In this document: piece after piece, positions 1 to 10,170 of the stretch
Layout of the letters: every line of letters starts with the position of its first letter
How positions within the stretch are numbered: the stretch's first letter is position 1
DNA from: an uncultured Mycobacterium sp.
GTDB lineage: Bacteria > Actinomycetota > Actinomycetes > Mycobacteriales > Mycobacteriaceae
Direction: 5' to 3'
NCBI GenBank assembly: GCA_964629725.1
Contig: CAZVST010000001.1
Location: 23,197-87,196 of the forward strand
DNA: 64,000 nt
Notes under the pieces: generated by a model
The model's database searches: none
Told to the model about the DNA's origin: nothing
Seen by the model: only the letters and a program-made list of their open reading frames with translations
Program-made: the position numbers and the translations under genes

Positions 1-275
1 CCTTCCACACCGCCGGCCATCACAGTGGCCGCGCTGCTGCCCTTGCCGTGCAGGGCGATCACCGGGCGCAGCGGCCGGGTCTGCCCCGGGGGGCGGGCGA
101 TGGCCCAGTTGGTCGGGACACCGCCTCGGGCGGCGGAGATGAAGGTTCCGGTCACCATGGTGGGTGCGGCCGGGTCCGCCAGTGCGGGCACCGGACGCGA
201 CAACCGGCCCAGCGTTGCCGCGCCTGCAGCGCTGGCGGCCAAACGCAACGCGGTCCGTCGGGTGAAGTCGGGCAT
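1..275 (-). CDS. Tat-exported alpha/beta-hydrolase (Rv0774c-like), 5' part only; runs off the window start
   Basis: Manual translation MPDFTRRTALRLAASAAG...TNWAIARPPGQTRPLRPVIALHGKG: twin-arginine signal and recalled Rv0774c motif; synteny with TetR/DUF429/purB. Confidence 0.8.
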   Translation of the reverse strand, partial: MPDFTRRTALRLAASAAGAATLGRLSRPVPALADPAAPTMVTGTFISAARGGVPTNWAIARPPGQTRPLRPVIALHGKGSSAATVMAGGVE

Positions 276-374
276 CTCGCCATCCTGCCAGTGCAGACTC
301 CTCGCGTTCCCCACTAGTCACTACTTGCGGCAATCCGCACTGCCGCGAGCGTTGCTGCTGGCAGCATGGCGTAA

Positions 375-974
375 ATGACAGCAGCGGCGACGCCGAAAGG
401 GGAGCGACGACGGTACGCTCTCGTGTGCGCCGCGGCTGACTTGTTGTGCGAGGGCGGATTCCAGGCGGTGAGCCATCGCGCGGTCGCGGATCGGGCGGGC
501 CTTCCGCTGGCGTCGACCACCTACTACTTCTCGTCGTTGGAGGAGCTGATCGAGACCGCGGTCGAATACCTGGGGATGGGGGAAGCCGCCGAGTTGCGCG
601 CTCGCCTCCAGGAGTTGCCGCGCCGTCGCCGCGGCGCCGAGGCGGCGGCTGACCTTCTGGTCGACCTGCTTGCCGGCGAGCCGGACCGGGACCGGTTGAT
701 CTCTCGCTACGAGCGGTACATCGCCTGTGCCCGCAACCCGGAATTGCGCGGCGTCGAGCGGCGGTTGTTGCAGCAGCGCATCGATGCCGTGGGCGAAGCC
801 ATGGCCCGATCCGGCCGGCGTGCCCGCAAGGACATGATGACCGCGCTGCTGTATTCCGTGGACGGCGCAGTGGTCTCGGCGCTGGTGGACGATGCCGGTG
901 GCCCTAGGGAGAGCGTTCGTGCCACCCTGGTTGACGTGATCGACGTATTGGCACCTATCGACGACCGGGTGTGA
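375..974 (+). CDS. TetR-family transcriptional regulator (Rv0775-like)
   Basis: N-terminal HTH AVSHRAVADRAGLPLASTTYYF. Confidence 0.9.
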   Translation: MTAAATPKGERRRYALVCAAADLLCEGGFQAVSHRAVADRAGLPLASTTYYFSSLEELIETAVEYLGMGEAAELRARLQELPRRRRGAEAAADLLVDLLAGEPDRDRLISRYERYIACARNPELRGVERRLLQQRIDAVGEAMARSGRRARKDMMTALLYSVDGAVVSALVDDAGGPRESVRATLVDVIDVLAPIDDRV

Positions 975-975
975 A

Positions 976-1962
976 ATGGGGCTCATCAACGCCACCCGCC
1001 CGGTGACAGGGCTCCTCGACGGTGTCATGGACCGATCCCTGGTCCTGGGCTACACCCGAATCGGTTCCGGTGTGCGCAGGCACTGGTGGCCTGCCGACCC
1101 GGCGCCGGGGTCGATGGTCGGAAAGCGGGTGCTGGTCAGCGGAGCCACCGCCGGGATCGGGCTGGAGATGGCGCGGGCTTTCGCCGGTCTCGGCGCCACC
1201 GTGCACCTGCTGGGACGTAACCCCGAGAAGGTGCGCGAGTGCGTCGCCGACATCGGCACGCGGTTTCCGGACGCCGTCGTCGTCGGCGAGGTCTGCGACG
1301 TATCCGACCTCGATGCGGTGGGGGCCTGGACCGCCGACTTCGCCGGCCGGGTCCCGGCGCTGGACGGGCTGGTGCACAACGCCGGCTTGATGCCCAAGGA
1401 GCGTTACGTCACGCCGCAGGGCCACGAGGTTCAGCTCGCGACGCACATTCTGGGCCCGCACCTGATGACCGAGCGTCTCCTGCCCCTGCTGCGCGCAGCC
1501 CGGGGGTCTTCGGTGGTGTTCGTGTCCTCGGGCGGCATGTACAGCACCCCACTGGTCGTCGACGATCTCGAATCCGAGCGTGCCTACAACGGCGTTCGGA
1601 CCTACGCCAAAACCAAGCGAATGCAGGTGGTGCTGGCCGATGCGTGGGCCCACCGGATGGCCGGCACCGGTGTCAAGGTCGAGAGCATGCACCCGGGCTG
1701 GGTGGACACTCCCGGCGTTTCCGAATACCTGCCGCGGTTCCGGGTGATCACCCGGCCGCTGCTGCGCCAGGTCGCCGACGGTGCCGACACCGTCGTTTGG
1801 CTGGTCGCCACCCGGCCGGACTCCAGGCCGGGACATTTCTGGCACGACCGTGCCCAGCGGCCGACCACCTTCGGCTGGCAGCGTCCGGAGAACCCGGCCA
1901 CGGTGCGCCGCTTCCTGCATCAGGTCAGCGAACTCACCGAGACGTCAACAGCCTGGACCTGA
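976..1962 (+). CDS. Short-chain dehydrogenase/reductase
   Basis: SGATAGIG, HNAG and YAKTK (YxxxK) motifs. Confidence 0.9.
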   Translation: MGLINATRPVTGLLDGVMDRSLVLGYTRIGSGVRRHWWPADPAPGSMVGKRVLVSGATAGIGLEMARAFAGLGATVHLLGRNPEKVRECVADIGTRFPDAVVVGEVCDVSDLDAVGAWTADFAGRVPALDGLVHNAGLMPKERYVTPQGHEVQLATHILGPHLMTERLLPLLRAARGSSVVFVSSGGMYSTPLVVDDLESERAYNGVRTYAKTKRMQVVLADAWAHRMAGTGVKVESMHPGWVDTPGVSEYLPRFRVITRPLLRQVADGADTVVWLVATRPDSRPGHFWHDRAQRPTTFGWQRPENPATVRRFLHQVSELTETSTAWT

Positions 1963-1963
1963 C

Positions 1964-2695
1964 CTAGGGGGACAGGGCAGGGGTGACGATGCACCCGCTG
2001 ACGGCGTCGCCGTACACCGTCACATCCCGTGGACGCTCATGGGCGTAGCGGGCGATGTAGGCGCACAGCACCGCGTCCACCGGATCCTCGGCGCGACGTA
2101 ACTCCGACTTCCGCGTCGCGCCGGAGACGGCCTCGCGCATGTGACCCCACCCGGGGCAGGATGCGACGTCCAGCACGGGAGTTGCTGTCCGCAGATCCTC
2201 CAGAAAGTCCATCAGCCGCAACAACTCCGACCGCAGGCCAGTAACGTCGCGGCCGGGCTTCTGTTTGTATTTCAGGGTCTTGGACAGGCCGAACAGCGCC
2301 ACGCTGGCGGCGTGCGGATATACCTCGAATGCCCGCCGCCGCGCCGGCGTGTGCGGGTCGAGTTCGAGTCTCAGCGCACGGCACAGCCGGGCTCCGCGGC
2401 CGCCGTCGGCGAACCATGCCAGGCCGGTGTTGGCCGGATGTGCTCCGGCATCGAAGCGCCGGAAGTCCCGGTTGAGCGCCGCCTCACAGGGCCGGTTACC
2501 GGTTGGGTTGACCACCACCAGTGGCGCGTCGACGGCCACCACGCACGAACTGTCCACGTAGGGCTGCAACTGGCCCAGAATGTCGTCGTCGGCGCCGGCC
2601 ACGCCGACGTGCCGCAGCACACCGGAGTCGTCGACCGCAGCCACTCCGGTCGGGCTGCGGTCTCCCCAGGCCAGATCGACGCCGACGAAGTACAC
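1964..2695 (-). CDS. DUF429 family protein (RNase H-like fold, Rv0776c-like)
   Basis: GVDLAW, VDAPL, EVYPH and DAVLCA motifs. Confidence 0.8.
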   Translation of the reverse strand: MYFVGVDLAWGDRSPTGVAAVDDSGVLRHVGVAGADDDILGQLQPYVDSSCVVAVDAPLVVVNPTGNRPCEAALNRDFRRFDAGAHPANTGLAWFADGGRGARLCRALRLELDPHTPARRRAFEVYPHAASVALFGLSKTLKYKQKPGRDVTGLRSELLRLMDFLEDLRTATPVLDVASCPGWGHMREAVSGATRKSELRRAEDPVDAVLCAYIARYAHERPRDVTVYGDAVSGCIVTPALSP

Positions 2696-2721
2696 GGCCT
2701 ACAACCGTAAGCTGTCGGTCC

Positions 2722-4140
2722 GTGAGCATTCCCGACGTCCTGGCCAACCGGTACGCCAGTGCCGACATGGTGGCGATCTGGTCACCGCAGGCGAAGATCA
2801 CCACGGAGCGACGGCTGTGGCTGGCGGTGCTGCGGGCGCAACGCGAACTGGGTGTGGATGTGCCCGAGGCGGCGATCGCCGACTACGAGCGGGTGCTCGA
2901 GCAGGTGGATCTGGATTCGATCGCCGCCCGCGAGCGGGTGACGCGCCACGACGTCAAGGCCCGCATCGAGGAGTTCAACGCCCTGGCCGGCCACGAGCAC
3001 GTGCACAAAGGAATGACGAGCCGCGATCTCACCGAGAACGTCGAGCAGTTGCAGATCCGGCGTTCCCTGGAACTCGTCCACGCGCATGGGGTGGCCGTCG
3101 CCGCCCGCCTGGCCGAACGCGCGGTCGGTTACCGCGACCTGGTGATGGCCGGCCGCAGCCACAACGTCGCCGCCCAGGCCACCACGTTGGGCAAGCGGTT
3201 CGCCTCCGCCGCACTGGAGACGGTGATCGCGTTGACCCGCATCCGCGAACTGCTCGACCGCTATCCCCTGCGCGGCATCAAGGGCCCGATGGGCACCGCC
3301 CAGGACATGCTCGATCTGTTCGGCGGTGATGCCGCCCGGCTGGCGGAACTGGAACGCAAGGTGGCCGAGCACCTCGGATTCGCCGCGGTGCTCGACAGTG
3401 TCGGCCAGGTGTACCCGCGCTCGCTGGACCACGACGTGGTCTCGGCGCTGGTGCAACTGGGGGCGGGGCCGTCGTCGCTGGCGCACACCATCCGGCTGAT
3501 GGCCGGGCACGAACTGGTCACCGAGGGCTTCGCCGAAGGCCAGGTCGGTTCGTCGGCGATGCCGCACAAGATGAACACCCGCAGCTGCGAGCGGGTCAAC
3601 GGCCTGCAGGTGGTGCTGCGCGGTTTCGCGTCCATGACGGCGGAACTGGCTGGGGCGCAATGGAATGAGGGCGACGTGTTCTGCTCGGTGGTGCGCCGGG
3701 TCGCGCTGCCGGACGCCTTCTTCGCCATCGACGGGATGATCGAGACCTTCCTGACGGTGCTCGACGAGTTCGGCGCCTACCCCGCGGTGATCCAGCGGGA
3801 ACTCGACCGCTATCTGCCGTTCCTGGCGACGACGAAGGTGCTCATCGCCGCGGTGCGGGCCGGCATGGGCCGCGAGGCCGCCCACGAGGTCATCAAAGAG
3901 CACGCCGTCGCGGTCGCGCTGGCCATGCGGGAGCGCGGCGCCGAGCCGGATCTGCTCGACCGGCTCGCCGCCGATGAGCGGCTGCCGCTGGACCGCGCGG
4001 CCTTGGACGCGGCGCTGGCCGACAAGCAGTCCTTCACCGGGGCGGCGGGCGCTCAGGTGGACGCAGTGGTGGCCGCCGTCGAGGATCTGGTGCGGGCGTA
4101 CCCGGCGGCGGCGACCTACGCGCCCGGCGCCATTCTCTAG
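2722..4140 (+). CDS. purB: Adenylosuccinate lyase
   Basis: GSSAMPHKMN fumarase-lyase signature; GTG start at 2722 with TAAGCT -10 just upstream. Confidence 0.97.
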   Translation: MSIPDVLANRYASADMVAIWSPQAKITTERRLWLAVLRAQRELGVDVPEAAIADYERVLEQVDLDSIAARERVTRHDVKARIEEFNALAGHEHVHKGMTSRDLTENVEQLQIRRSLELVHAHGVAVAARLAERAVGYRDLVMAGRSHNVAAQATTLGKRFASAALETVIALTRIRELLDRYPLRGIKGPMGTAQDMLDLFGGDAARLAELERKVAEHLGFAAVLDSVGQVYPRSLDHDVVSALVQLGAGPSSLAHTIRLMAGHELVTEGFAEGQVGSSAMPHKMNTRSCERVNGLQVVLRGFASMTAELAGAQWNEGDVFCSVVRRVALPDAFFAIDGMIETFLTVLDEFGAYPAVIQRELDRYLPFLATTKVLIAAVRAGMGREAAHEVIKEHAVAVALAMRERGAEPDLLDRLAADERLPLDRAALDAALADKQSFTGAAGAQVDAVVAAVEDLVRAYPAAATYAPGAIL

Positions 4141-4141
4141 C

Positions 4142-4190
4142 GACTGCGGCGCGAATCTCGTCGCCCGGCGGTGATTAGCGCGCCGAAGTC
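4142..4190. terminator. GC-rich hairpin between convergent purB and the Rv0779c-like gene
   Basis: CGGCGCG 4147-4153 pairs with CGCGCCG 4179-4185, flanked by GACT/AGTC and AATC/GATT pairs. Confidence 0.5.
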
Positions 4191-4801
4191 ACGCGCGCCA
4201 CGCCGGCCGCGCGCAACTCCAGTGCGGCCAAGCCCCGCACCGCGTACGGATCCTGTCGCCGCCACGCGCCCACCGGGTCATCACTGACCTCGGTTAGCCG
4301 GCGCAGCGGCCGGTTGGCCAGAGCCCGCAGTGCCAACAACTGTTCACCGGCCGGGGTTTGCGCCAGCGCGATCACCGTCCACTTGCGCCGGAAGAAGCGA
4401 ATACGCAGGAACAGCCAAGGCATCCCGATCGCCAGGATCGGCGGGCCGGCGACCGCGATGGCAAGCAGCACTGCCAGCCAGGTCGCGGTGGTGTTGAGGT
4501 TCTGGCCCGCGCCAGCCAGGTCTAGTGCCGCCTCGCTGGCAGCCCGCAACGGTTTGGCCACCGTATCGCCGACCAGGGGGATGCGATCGGCGCTGTCGCC
4601 GGCGGAATTGAGGTTCTCGGACAGCCCGGTGGCACTTCCGTTGACCTGGCGGCCGACGCCTGCGATAGCGGCGATGGCATGGTGCACTGCCAGGCCGACC
4701 ATCACCCAGACAGTGATCCACGCCGCCGCCAGCACATCGCTGATGAGCTGGCCGGTCATCCGGACCGGGGTGGTGGCATAAGGAAGGAAACGCGACTTCA
4801 T
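4175..4801 (-). CDS. Conserved membrane protein (Rv0779c-like)
   Basis: Two hydrophobic segments; position between purB and purC. Confidence 0.75.
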   Translation of the reverse strand: MKSRFLPYATTPVRMTGQLISDVLAAAWITVWVMVGLAVHHAIAAIAGVGRQVNGSATGLSENLNSAGDSADRIPLVGDTVAKPLRAASEAALDLAGAGQNLNTTATWLAVLLAIAVAGPPILAIGMPWLFLRIRFFRRKWTVIALAQTPAGEQLLALRALANRPLRRLTEVSDDPVGAWRRQDPYAVRGLAALELRAAGVARVTSAR

Positions 4802-4850
4802 GGCACGATCCCAGCACAGTCAGCCCCTCGTACCCGGCTAGGCTGGCGCG

Positions 4851-5741
4851 GTGCGTCCCAACCTCTCCGACTATCACCACCTGGCCAGTGGCAAAGTCCG
4901 TGAGTTGTACCGCATCGACGACGACCATCTGCTCTTCGTCGCCACCGACCGGATCTCGGCGTTCGACTACATCCTCGACACCCTCATCCCGGACAAGGGC
5001 CGCATCCTCACCGCGATGAGTGTGTTCTTCTTCGGACTGATCGACACCCCCAATCACCTGGCCGGCCCGCCTGATGACCCCCGGATTCCCGCCGACGTTC
5101 TCGGGCGTGCGTTGGTGGTGCGACGGCTGGAAATGGTTCCGGTCGAATGCGTAGCCCGCGGTTATCTGACGGGTTCCGGGCTCCTGGACTACCAGCGCAC
5201 CGGTGCGGTGTGCGGCATCGAACTAACTCCCGGTCTGGTGGAGGCCAGCAAGTTCGCCGAACCGCTGTTCACCCCCGCCACCAAGGCCGAACTAGGGGCG
5301 CACGACGAGAACATCTCCTTCGACCGGGCGGCCGAACTCGTGGGCCGGCGAACGGCGGAGCAGTTGCGCGACCTGACGCTGCAGACCTATCGCCAAGCCG
5401 CCGACCACGCCTTGACCAAGGGAATCATCATCGCTGATACCAAATTCGAATTCGGCAGCGACGCTGACGGCCGTCTGGTCCTGGCCGACGAGGTGTTCAC
5501 CCCGGATTCCTCCCGGTACTGGCCCGCCGACACCTACGTCGAAGGATCGGTGCAGCCCAGCTTCGACAAGCAGTTCGTCCGCAACTGGCTCACCGGCCCG
5601 GAGTCCGGGTGGGACCGGCACGGTTCGCAACCCCCGCCGCCGCTGCCACCCGACATCGTCGAGGCCACCCGCGCCCGTTATATCGAGGCCTACGAACGTA
5701 TTTCGGGCCTGAGATTCACGGATTGGATCGGCGGCCGATGA
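4851..5741 (+). CDS. purC: SAICAR synthetase
   Basis: [15 protein letters not shown] and [12 protein letters not shown] motifs. Confidence 0.98.
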   Translation: MRPNLSDYHHLASGKVRELYRIDDDHLLFVATDRISAFDYILDTLIPDKGRILTAMSVFFFGLIDTPNHLAGPPDDPRIPADVLGRALVVRRLEMVPVECVARGYLTGSGLLDYQRTGAVCGIELTPGLVEASKFAEPLFTPATKAELGAHDENISFDRAAELVGRRTAEQLRDLTLQTYRQAADHALTKGIIIADTKFEFGSDADGRLVLADEVFTPDSSRYWPADTYVEGSVQPSFDKQFVRNWLTGPESGWDRHGSQPPPPLPPDIVEATRARYIEAYERISGLRFTDWIGGR

Positions 5742-7882
5742 ACATGCAGCAGTCCACCGGCCTGTCCGCGCCTATCGCTAAGCGAGTAGAGACCAGACGG
5801 CTCCACCACGGCGACGAGTTCTTAGACCACTACGAATGGTTGCGCGACAAGTCCGATCCGGAAGTGCTTGCCCACCTCGAGGCGGAGAACGCCCACGTCG
5901 AAGAGGTCACCGCCGATCAGGAACCGCTGCGGCAGAAGATCTTCGATGAGATCAAGGCACGAACCAAGGAGACCGATCTGTCGGTACCTCTGCGGCGTGG
6001 CGACTGGTGGTACTACGGCCGCAGCTTCGAGGGCAAGCAGTACGGGGTGCACTGCCGATGCCCGATCAACGGTCCCGACGACTGGAGTCCGCCGGTCCTC
6101 GACGAGCACACCGACATTCCGGGGGAGCAGGTGCTGCTCGACGAGAACGTCGAAGCCGACGGCCGCGACTTCTTCGCGGTCGGCGCCGCCTCGGTCAGCC
6201 CGGACGGTTACGTGCTGGCCTACTCGATCGACGTCAAAGGCGACGAGCGATACACGCTGCGGTTCAAGGACTTACGCACCGGGGAGATCTATCCGGACCT
6301 CATCACCGGAATCTCGGCCAGTGGCACCTGGGCCGCGGACAGCGCGACGATCTACTACACGACCGTCGACGACGCCTGGCGTCCGGACACGGTGTGGCGG
6401 CATCGGCTGGGCGGGACGGGTCATGACGAGCAGGTGTTCAACGAGCCCGACGAACGGTTCTGGGTGGCGGTCGGGCGAACGCGCAGTAACGCCTACATCA
6501 TCATCGCCGCCGGATCGTCGATCACCTCGGAAGTGCGACTGGCCGACGCCCACGACCCGGAGGCGCAGTTCGCCGTTGTGCTGCCGCGCCGCGACGGCGT
6601 CGAATACAGCGTTGAGCACGCCGTCGTCGGTGGCGAGGACCGTTTCCTGATTCTGCACAACGCCGGCGCCCCGAATTTCACGCTGGTAGAAACACCCGTC
6701 GACGATCCGACCGCGCAGCGCACCCTGATCGCTGCGCGTGACGACGTGCGTCTGGAGGATGTGGACGCGTTCTCCGATCATCTGGTGGTGCACTACCGCC
6801 GGGATGCGCTGCCCAAACTGCAGCTGTGGCCGATCGACGGTGACGGCTACGGAACGCCTGCGGAGATAGCCTTCGATTCGGAGTTGATGGCCTGCGGGCT
6901 GGGCGGCAACCCCAACTGGGACAGCCCGCGGCTGCGGATCGGCGCCACATCCTTTCTCACCCCGATGCGCATCTACGACATCGACCTCGCCACCGGGGAG
7001 AGGATGCTGCTGCGCGAACAATCGGTGCTGGGTGATTTCCGCCGTGAGGACTACGTGGAAAGGCGGGACTGGGCGGTCGCCGATGACGGCACCCGGATAC
7101 CGCTCTCCCTGATGTACCGGCGCGGCGTCGAGTTCCCCGCTCCCGCAGTGCTGTACGGCTACGGAGCCTACGAGTCCAGCGAAGATCCCCGGTTCTCCAT
7201 CGCCCTGCTGTCCCTGCTGGATCGCGGGATGGTGTTCGCCGTTGCGCACATCCGCGGCGGCGGGGAAATGGGACGAATGTGGTACGAACGCGGCAAGCTG
7301 CTGGACAAGAGGAACACCTTCACCGACTTCATCAGCGCAGCAACCCATCTCGTCGACTCCGGCATTACCAGGCCGCAAAACCTGGTGGCGCTCGGTGGCA
7401 GTGCCGGCGGTCTGCTGATGGGTGCGGTGGCCAACATGGCGCCGCACCTTTTCGCCGGTATCCTGGCGGTTGTCCCGTTCGTCGACCCGTTGACGACGAT
7501 CCTCGATCCCTCGCTTCCGCTGACGGTGACCGAATGGGACGAATGGGGTAACCCGATCGAGGACCGCGACGTCTACTTCTACATGAAGTCCTATTCGCCG
7601 TACGAGAACGTCGAGGCCAAGGAGTATCCGGCCATTCTGGCCATGACGTCACTCAACGACACCCGGGTCTACTACGTCGAGCCGGCGAAATGGGTTGCCG
7701 CACTTCGTCATGCGAAGACTGATCGAAATCCGGTACTGCTGCGCACCCAGATGGCTGCAGGGCACGGCGGTATCAGTGGCCGCTACGAACGTTGGAAGGA
7801 AACGGCGTTCCAGTACGCCTGGCTGCTAGCAACCGCCGACCCGGAGCTCTACGGGCCCGAAGCTGCACCAGCAGGCGACTAG
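5738..7882 (+). CDS. ptrB: Oligopeptidase B (S9), unsplit
   Basis: GGSAGG nucleophile, RGGGEMG and AGHGG motifs; ATGA overlap with purC stop. Confidence 0.95.
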   Translation: MNMQQSTGLSAPIAKRVETRRLHHGDEFLDHYEWLRDKSDPEVLAHLEAENAHVEEVTADQEPLRQKIFDEIKARTKETDLSVPLRRGDWWYYGRSFEGKQYGVHCRCPINGPDDWSPPVLDEHTDIPGEQVLLDENVEADGRDFFAVGAASVSPDGYVLAYSIDVKGDERYTLRFKDLRTGEIYPDLITGISASGTWAADSATIYYTTVDDAWRPDTVWRHRLGGTGHDEQVFNEPDERFWVAVGRTRSNAYIIIAAGSSITSEVRLADAHDPEAQFAVVLPRRDGVEYSVEHAVVGGEDRFLILHNAGAPNFTLVETPVDDPTAQRTLIAARDDVRLEDVDAFSDHLVVHYRRDALPKLQLWPIDGDGYGTPAEIAFDSELMACGLGGNPNWDSPRLRIGATSFLTPMRIYDIDLATGERMLLREQSVLGDFRREDYVERRDWAVADDGTRIPLSLMYRRGVEFPAPAVLYGYGAYESSEDPRFSIALLSLLDRGMVFAVAHIRGGGEMGRMWYERGKLLDKRNTFTDFISAATHLVDSGITRPQNLVALGGSAGGLLMGAVANMAPHLFAGILAVVPFVDPLTTILDPSLPLTVTEWDEWGNPIEDRDVYFYMKSYSPYENVEAKEYPAILAMTSLNDTRVYYVEPAKWVAALRHAKTDRNPVLLRTQMAAGHGGISGRYERWKETAFQYAWLLATADPELYGPEAAPAGD

Positions 7883-8004
7883 GTCCGATGGTCGCGTTCC
7901 TCATCGCGGCTCCTTCGTCGCCGCTTGATCGTCATGCGACTAGGTCCGATGGTCGCGTTCCTCATCGCGGCTCCTTCGTCGCCGCTTGATCGTCAGGCGA
8001 CTAG
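7875..8004. repeat. Tandem 61-bp MIRU-like repeat (two full copies plus 8 bp)
   Basis: GCGACTAG recurs at 7875, 7936 and 7997; the two units differ at one base. Confidence 0.9.
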
Positions 8005-8801
8005 CGCGCCGAGCCACTGGCTGTGGTCGCGATCCCGCCGTCGACCGGGATGATGGCCCCGTTGACGTAGGAGCCGGCCCGGCTGGCCAGGAACACCGCG
8101 ATACCGGCCATGTCGTCGTCGCGTCCGATCCGGCGCATCGGTGCGCCCGCCGCGATGGCGTCGCCGAAAGCCTCCAGGGTGGCGGCCATCATCTTCGACG
8201 GGAACGGCCCCGGGGCGATGGCGTTGACGGTGATGTGCTGTGGCCCAAGCTCTTTGGCCAGGACCCGAGTCAGCTGATGGATTGCCGCCTTGCTGGCGGA
8301 GTAGGAGTAGGTAGGCATCGGGCTGACCTGGATTCCGTCGATGCTGCCGACGTTGATGATGCGCGCCGGGTCGTCCTGGGAGCCGGCCCGACGCAGTGCC
8401 GGCAGCAGTGCCTGCACCATCCAGAACGGCGACTTGACGTTCAGATCGAGCACCCGGTCCCACGCGGCAGCCGGGAAGGTCTCCAGCGGCTCACCCCAGG
8501 TCGCCCCGGCGTTGTTCACGAGGATGTCGAGGCTGTCCGTCTGGTCCAGCACCTCGGTGGCCAGGCGCGTGCACTCGTCCTGCCGGGACAGGTCGGCCGG
8601 GATCGCGCGCACCGGACCGAACTCCGACAGCACCGCCACCGCCTGCTCGCAGGCCGCGGCCTTGCGGGAACTGATCACTACGCCGGCCCCAGCCTGCAAC
8701 AGACCCCGGGCGATCATCATCCCGATCCCGCGGGTACCGCCGGTGACCAGGGCGGTCTTGCCGTCCAGACCGAAGAGTTTCGCAAGGTCGGCTGTGCTCA
8801 T
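8001..8801 (-). CDS. Short-chain dehydrogenase/reductase
   Basis: TGGTRGIG, NNAG and YSASK motifs. Confidence 0.92.
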   Translation of the reverse strand: MSTADLAKLFGLDGKTALVTGGTRGIGMMIARGLLQAGAGVVISSRKAAACEQAVAVLSEFGPVRAIPADLSRQDECTRLATEVLDQTDSLDILVNNAGATWGEPLETFPAAAWDRVLDLNVKSPFWMVQALLPALRRAGSQDDPARIINVGSIDGIQVSPMPTYSYSASKAAIHQLTRVLAKELGPQHITVNAIAPGPFPSKMMAATLEAFGDAIAAGAPMRRIGRDDDMAGIAVFLASRAGSYVNGAIIPVDGGIATTASGSAR

Positions 8802-9439
8802 GAGAACGTCACCGTTCTCTCTTCGGGCAGCACCCGGAAGTCGGTGTCGCACATTTCGGTGAGCCGACCGTAGAAGATGCCGCGCGCCTCCGGCGCGATG
8901 ATGCCCTGGTGGATCGGGACGGCATGCCGGGGCGCCACCGCGCGCAGGTAGTCCACCGCCTCGGAGATCTTCATCCACGGCGCCGCCGCCGGGGTGGCCA
9001 GCACCTCGACCGGCTCGCCCGGAACGAACAGCGAATCGCCGGGGTGCATCAGTCTGGCCGGATGCTCATCGTCGCCGATCAGGTACGAGGTGTTGTCGAT
9101 CACCGGGATGTCGGGGTGGATCACGGCGTGCCGTCCGCCTGCCCCCCGGACGGTCAGGCCACCGACGCTGAACTCGTCACCGGCCTTCACCGCGCACCAG
9201 TCGCCGCCGAGCATGGCGGCGGTTTGCGGGTCGGCGTAGAGCGCGGCCTGCGGGTTGGCCTCCACCAGGGCCGGCAGCCGCTCGGGGTCGGCGTGGTCGG
9301 GGTGCTGGTGGGTGATCAGAATCGCCGTGAGCCCGGTGGTGCCCTCGAACCCGTGCGAGAAGTTGCCCGGATCGAACAGAATTCGTGCGACACCGAAGTC
9401 CGCCAGCAGGCATGAATGTCCGAAATGCGTCAACTCCAT
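8798..9439 (-). CDS. MBL-fold metallo-hydrolase (Rv0786c-like)
   Basis: GHSC, THQHPDH, HPGDS and PIH motifs. Confidence 0.92.
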   Translation of the reverse strand: MELTHFGHSCLLADFGVARILFDPGNFSHGFEGTTGLTAILITHQHPDHADPERLPALVEANPQAALYADPQTAAMLGGDWCAVKAGDEFSVGGLTVRGAGGRHAVIHPDIPVIDNTSYLIGDDEHPARLMHPGDSLFVPGEPVEVLATPAAAPWMKISEAVDYLRAVAPRHAVPIHQGIIAPEARGIFYGRLTEMCDTDFRVLPEERTVTFS

Positions 9440-9473
9440 GCTTACGATTGTGCGCGCTGACAGGAGGCTGCGG

Positions 9474-10130
9474 ATGCGGATGGCCCTCACAGCTCTACTG
9501 TTGGCCTCAGGTGTCGTCTTGGCGCCGCCGGTCGCCGGCGAACCGGCCGGCACCTGTCCGCCGGCCTGTAACCGGATCCCCGAGACGGCATGGATCGCGC
9601 CGTCGGCGATTCCCCTCAATGCTGTCTATGAGTGGCCCAAACTCGCCGGACTCGCGGTCACCGCCCGGCCGCCGCGGCTGCGCTTCGAGGAAGTCTGCGC
9701 CACCCCGCCGCTGCCCGGCGATCCGCGGAACTTCGCCGTCGCCGAACGGGCGATCGTGTCCAACCCCCGGGGTCAGTGGCAGCTGCAGGCTCAGGTGCTG
9801 CACTGGCGGGGGGAGACCTGGCTCGGTGGCGAACTCGCCCAGGGCACCTTCGCCGCCGCCGTCCAATCTCTTCGCGACTGTCAGGCCGGCAACCCCGATG
9901 CCTCGGCGTCGCTGGTCGTCGACGAGCCGGACCGGTTCGCCGCAGTGATCAGTGGTCCGGTGGTGCTGCACGAGTATCTGGTCGCCGACCCGGTCAACAG
10001 CACGCTCACCGAACTGGCGCTGTGGTCGGACGCCCCAGCTCAGACCTCATGGCCGACGCTGACCGACACCGCTGTCCTTGACGCGCTGGGTGCGCCGCTG
10101 TGCACGGCGTACATCGGATCCTGCCCCTGA
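9474..10130 (+). CDS. Secreted conserved protein (Rv0787-like)
   Basis: Signal peptide and paired Cys; synteny upstream of purS. Confidence 0.7.
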   Translation: MRMALTALLLASGVVLAPPVAGEPAGTCPPACNRIPETAWIAPSAIPLNAVYEWPKLAGLAVTARPPRLRFEEVCATPPLPGDPRNFAVAERAIVSNPRGQWQLQAQVLHWRGETWLGGELAQGTFAAAVQSLRDCQAGNPDASASLVVDEPDRFAAVISGPVVLHEYLVADPVNSTLTELALWSDAPAQTSWPTLTDTAVLDALGAPLCTAYIGSCP

Positions 10131-10138
10131 ACCGCAGA

Positions 10139-10159
10139 CCGAGGGCCGGTGGCCTTCGG
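10139..10159. terminator. Hairpin between convergent genes
   Basis: CCGAGGGCC-GGT-GGCCTTCGG, 9-bp stem with one G-U pair. Confidence 0.5.
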
Positions 10160-10170
10160 GCTGAACAGTT

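Noticed and set aside
4147-4162. 10-bp similarity (CGACGAGATT) between the purB hairpin and the satellite repressor promoter at about 50747
   Set aside because: Too short to be significant in a GC-rich 64-kb window
7875-8004. Possible CRISPR array
   Set aside because: Units are contiguous with no unique spacers and no cas genes nearby
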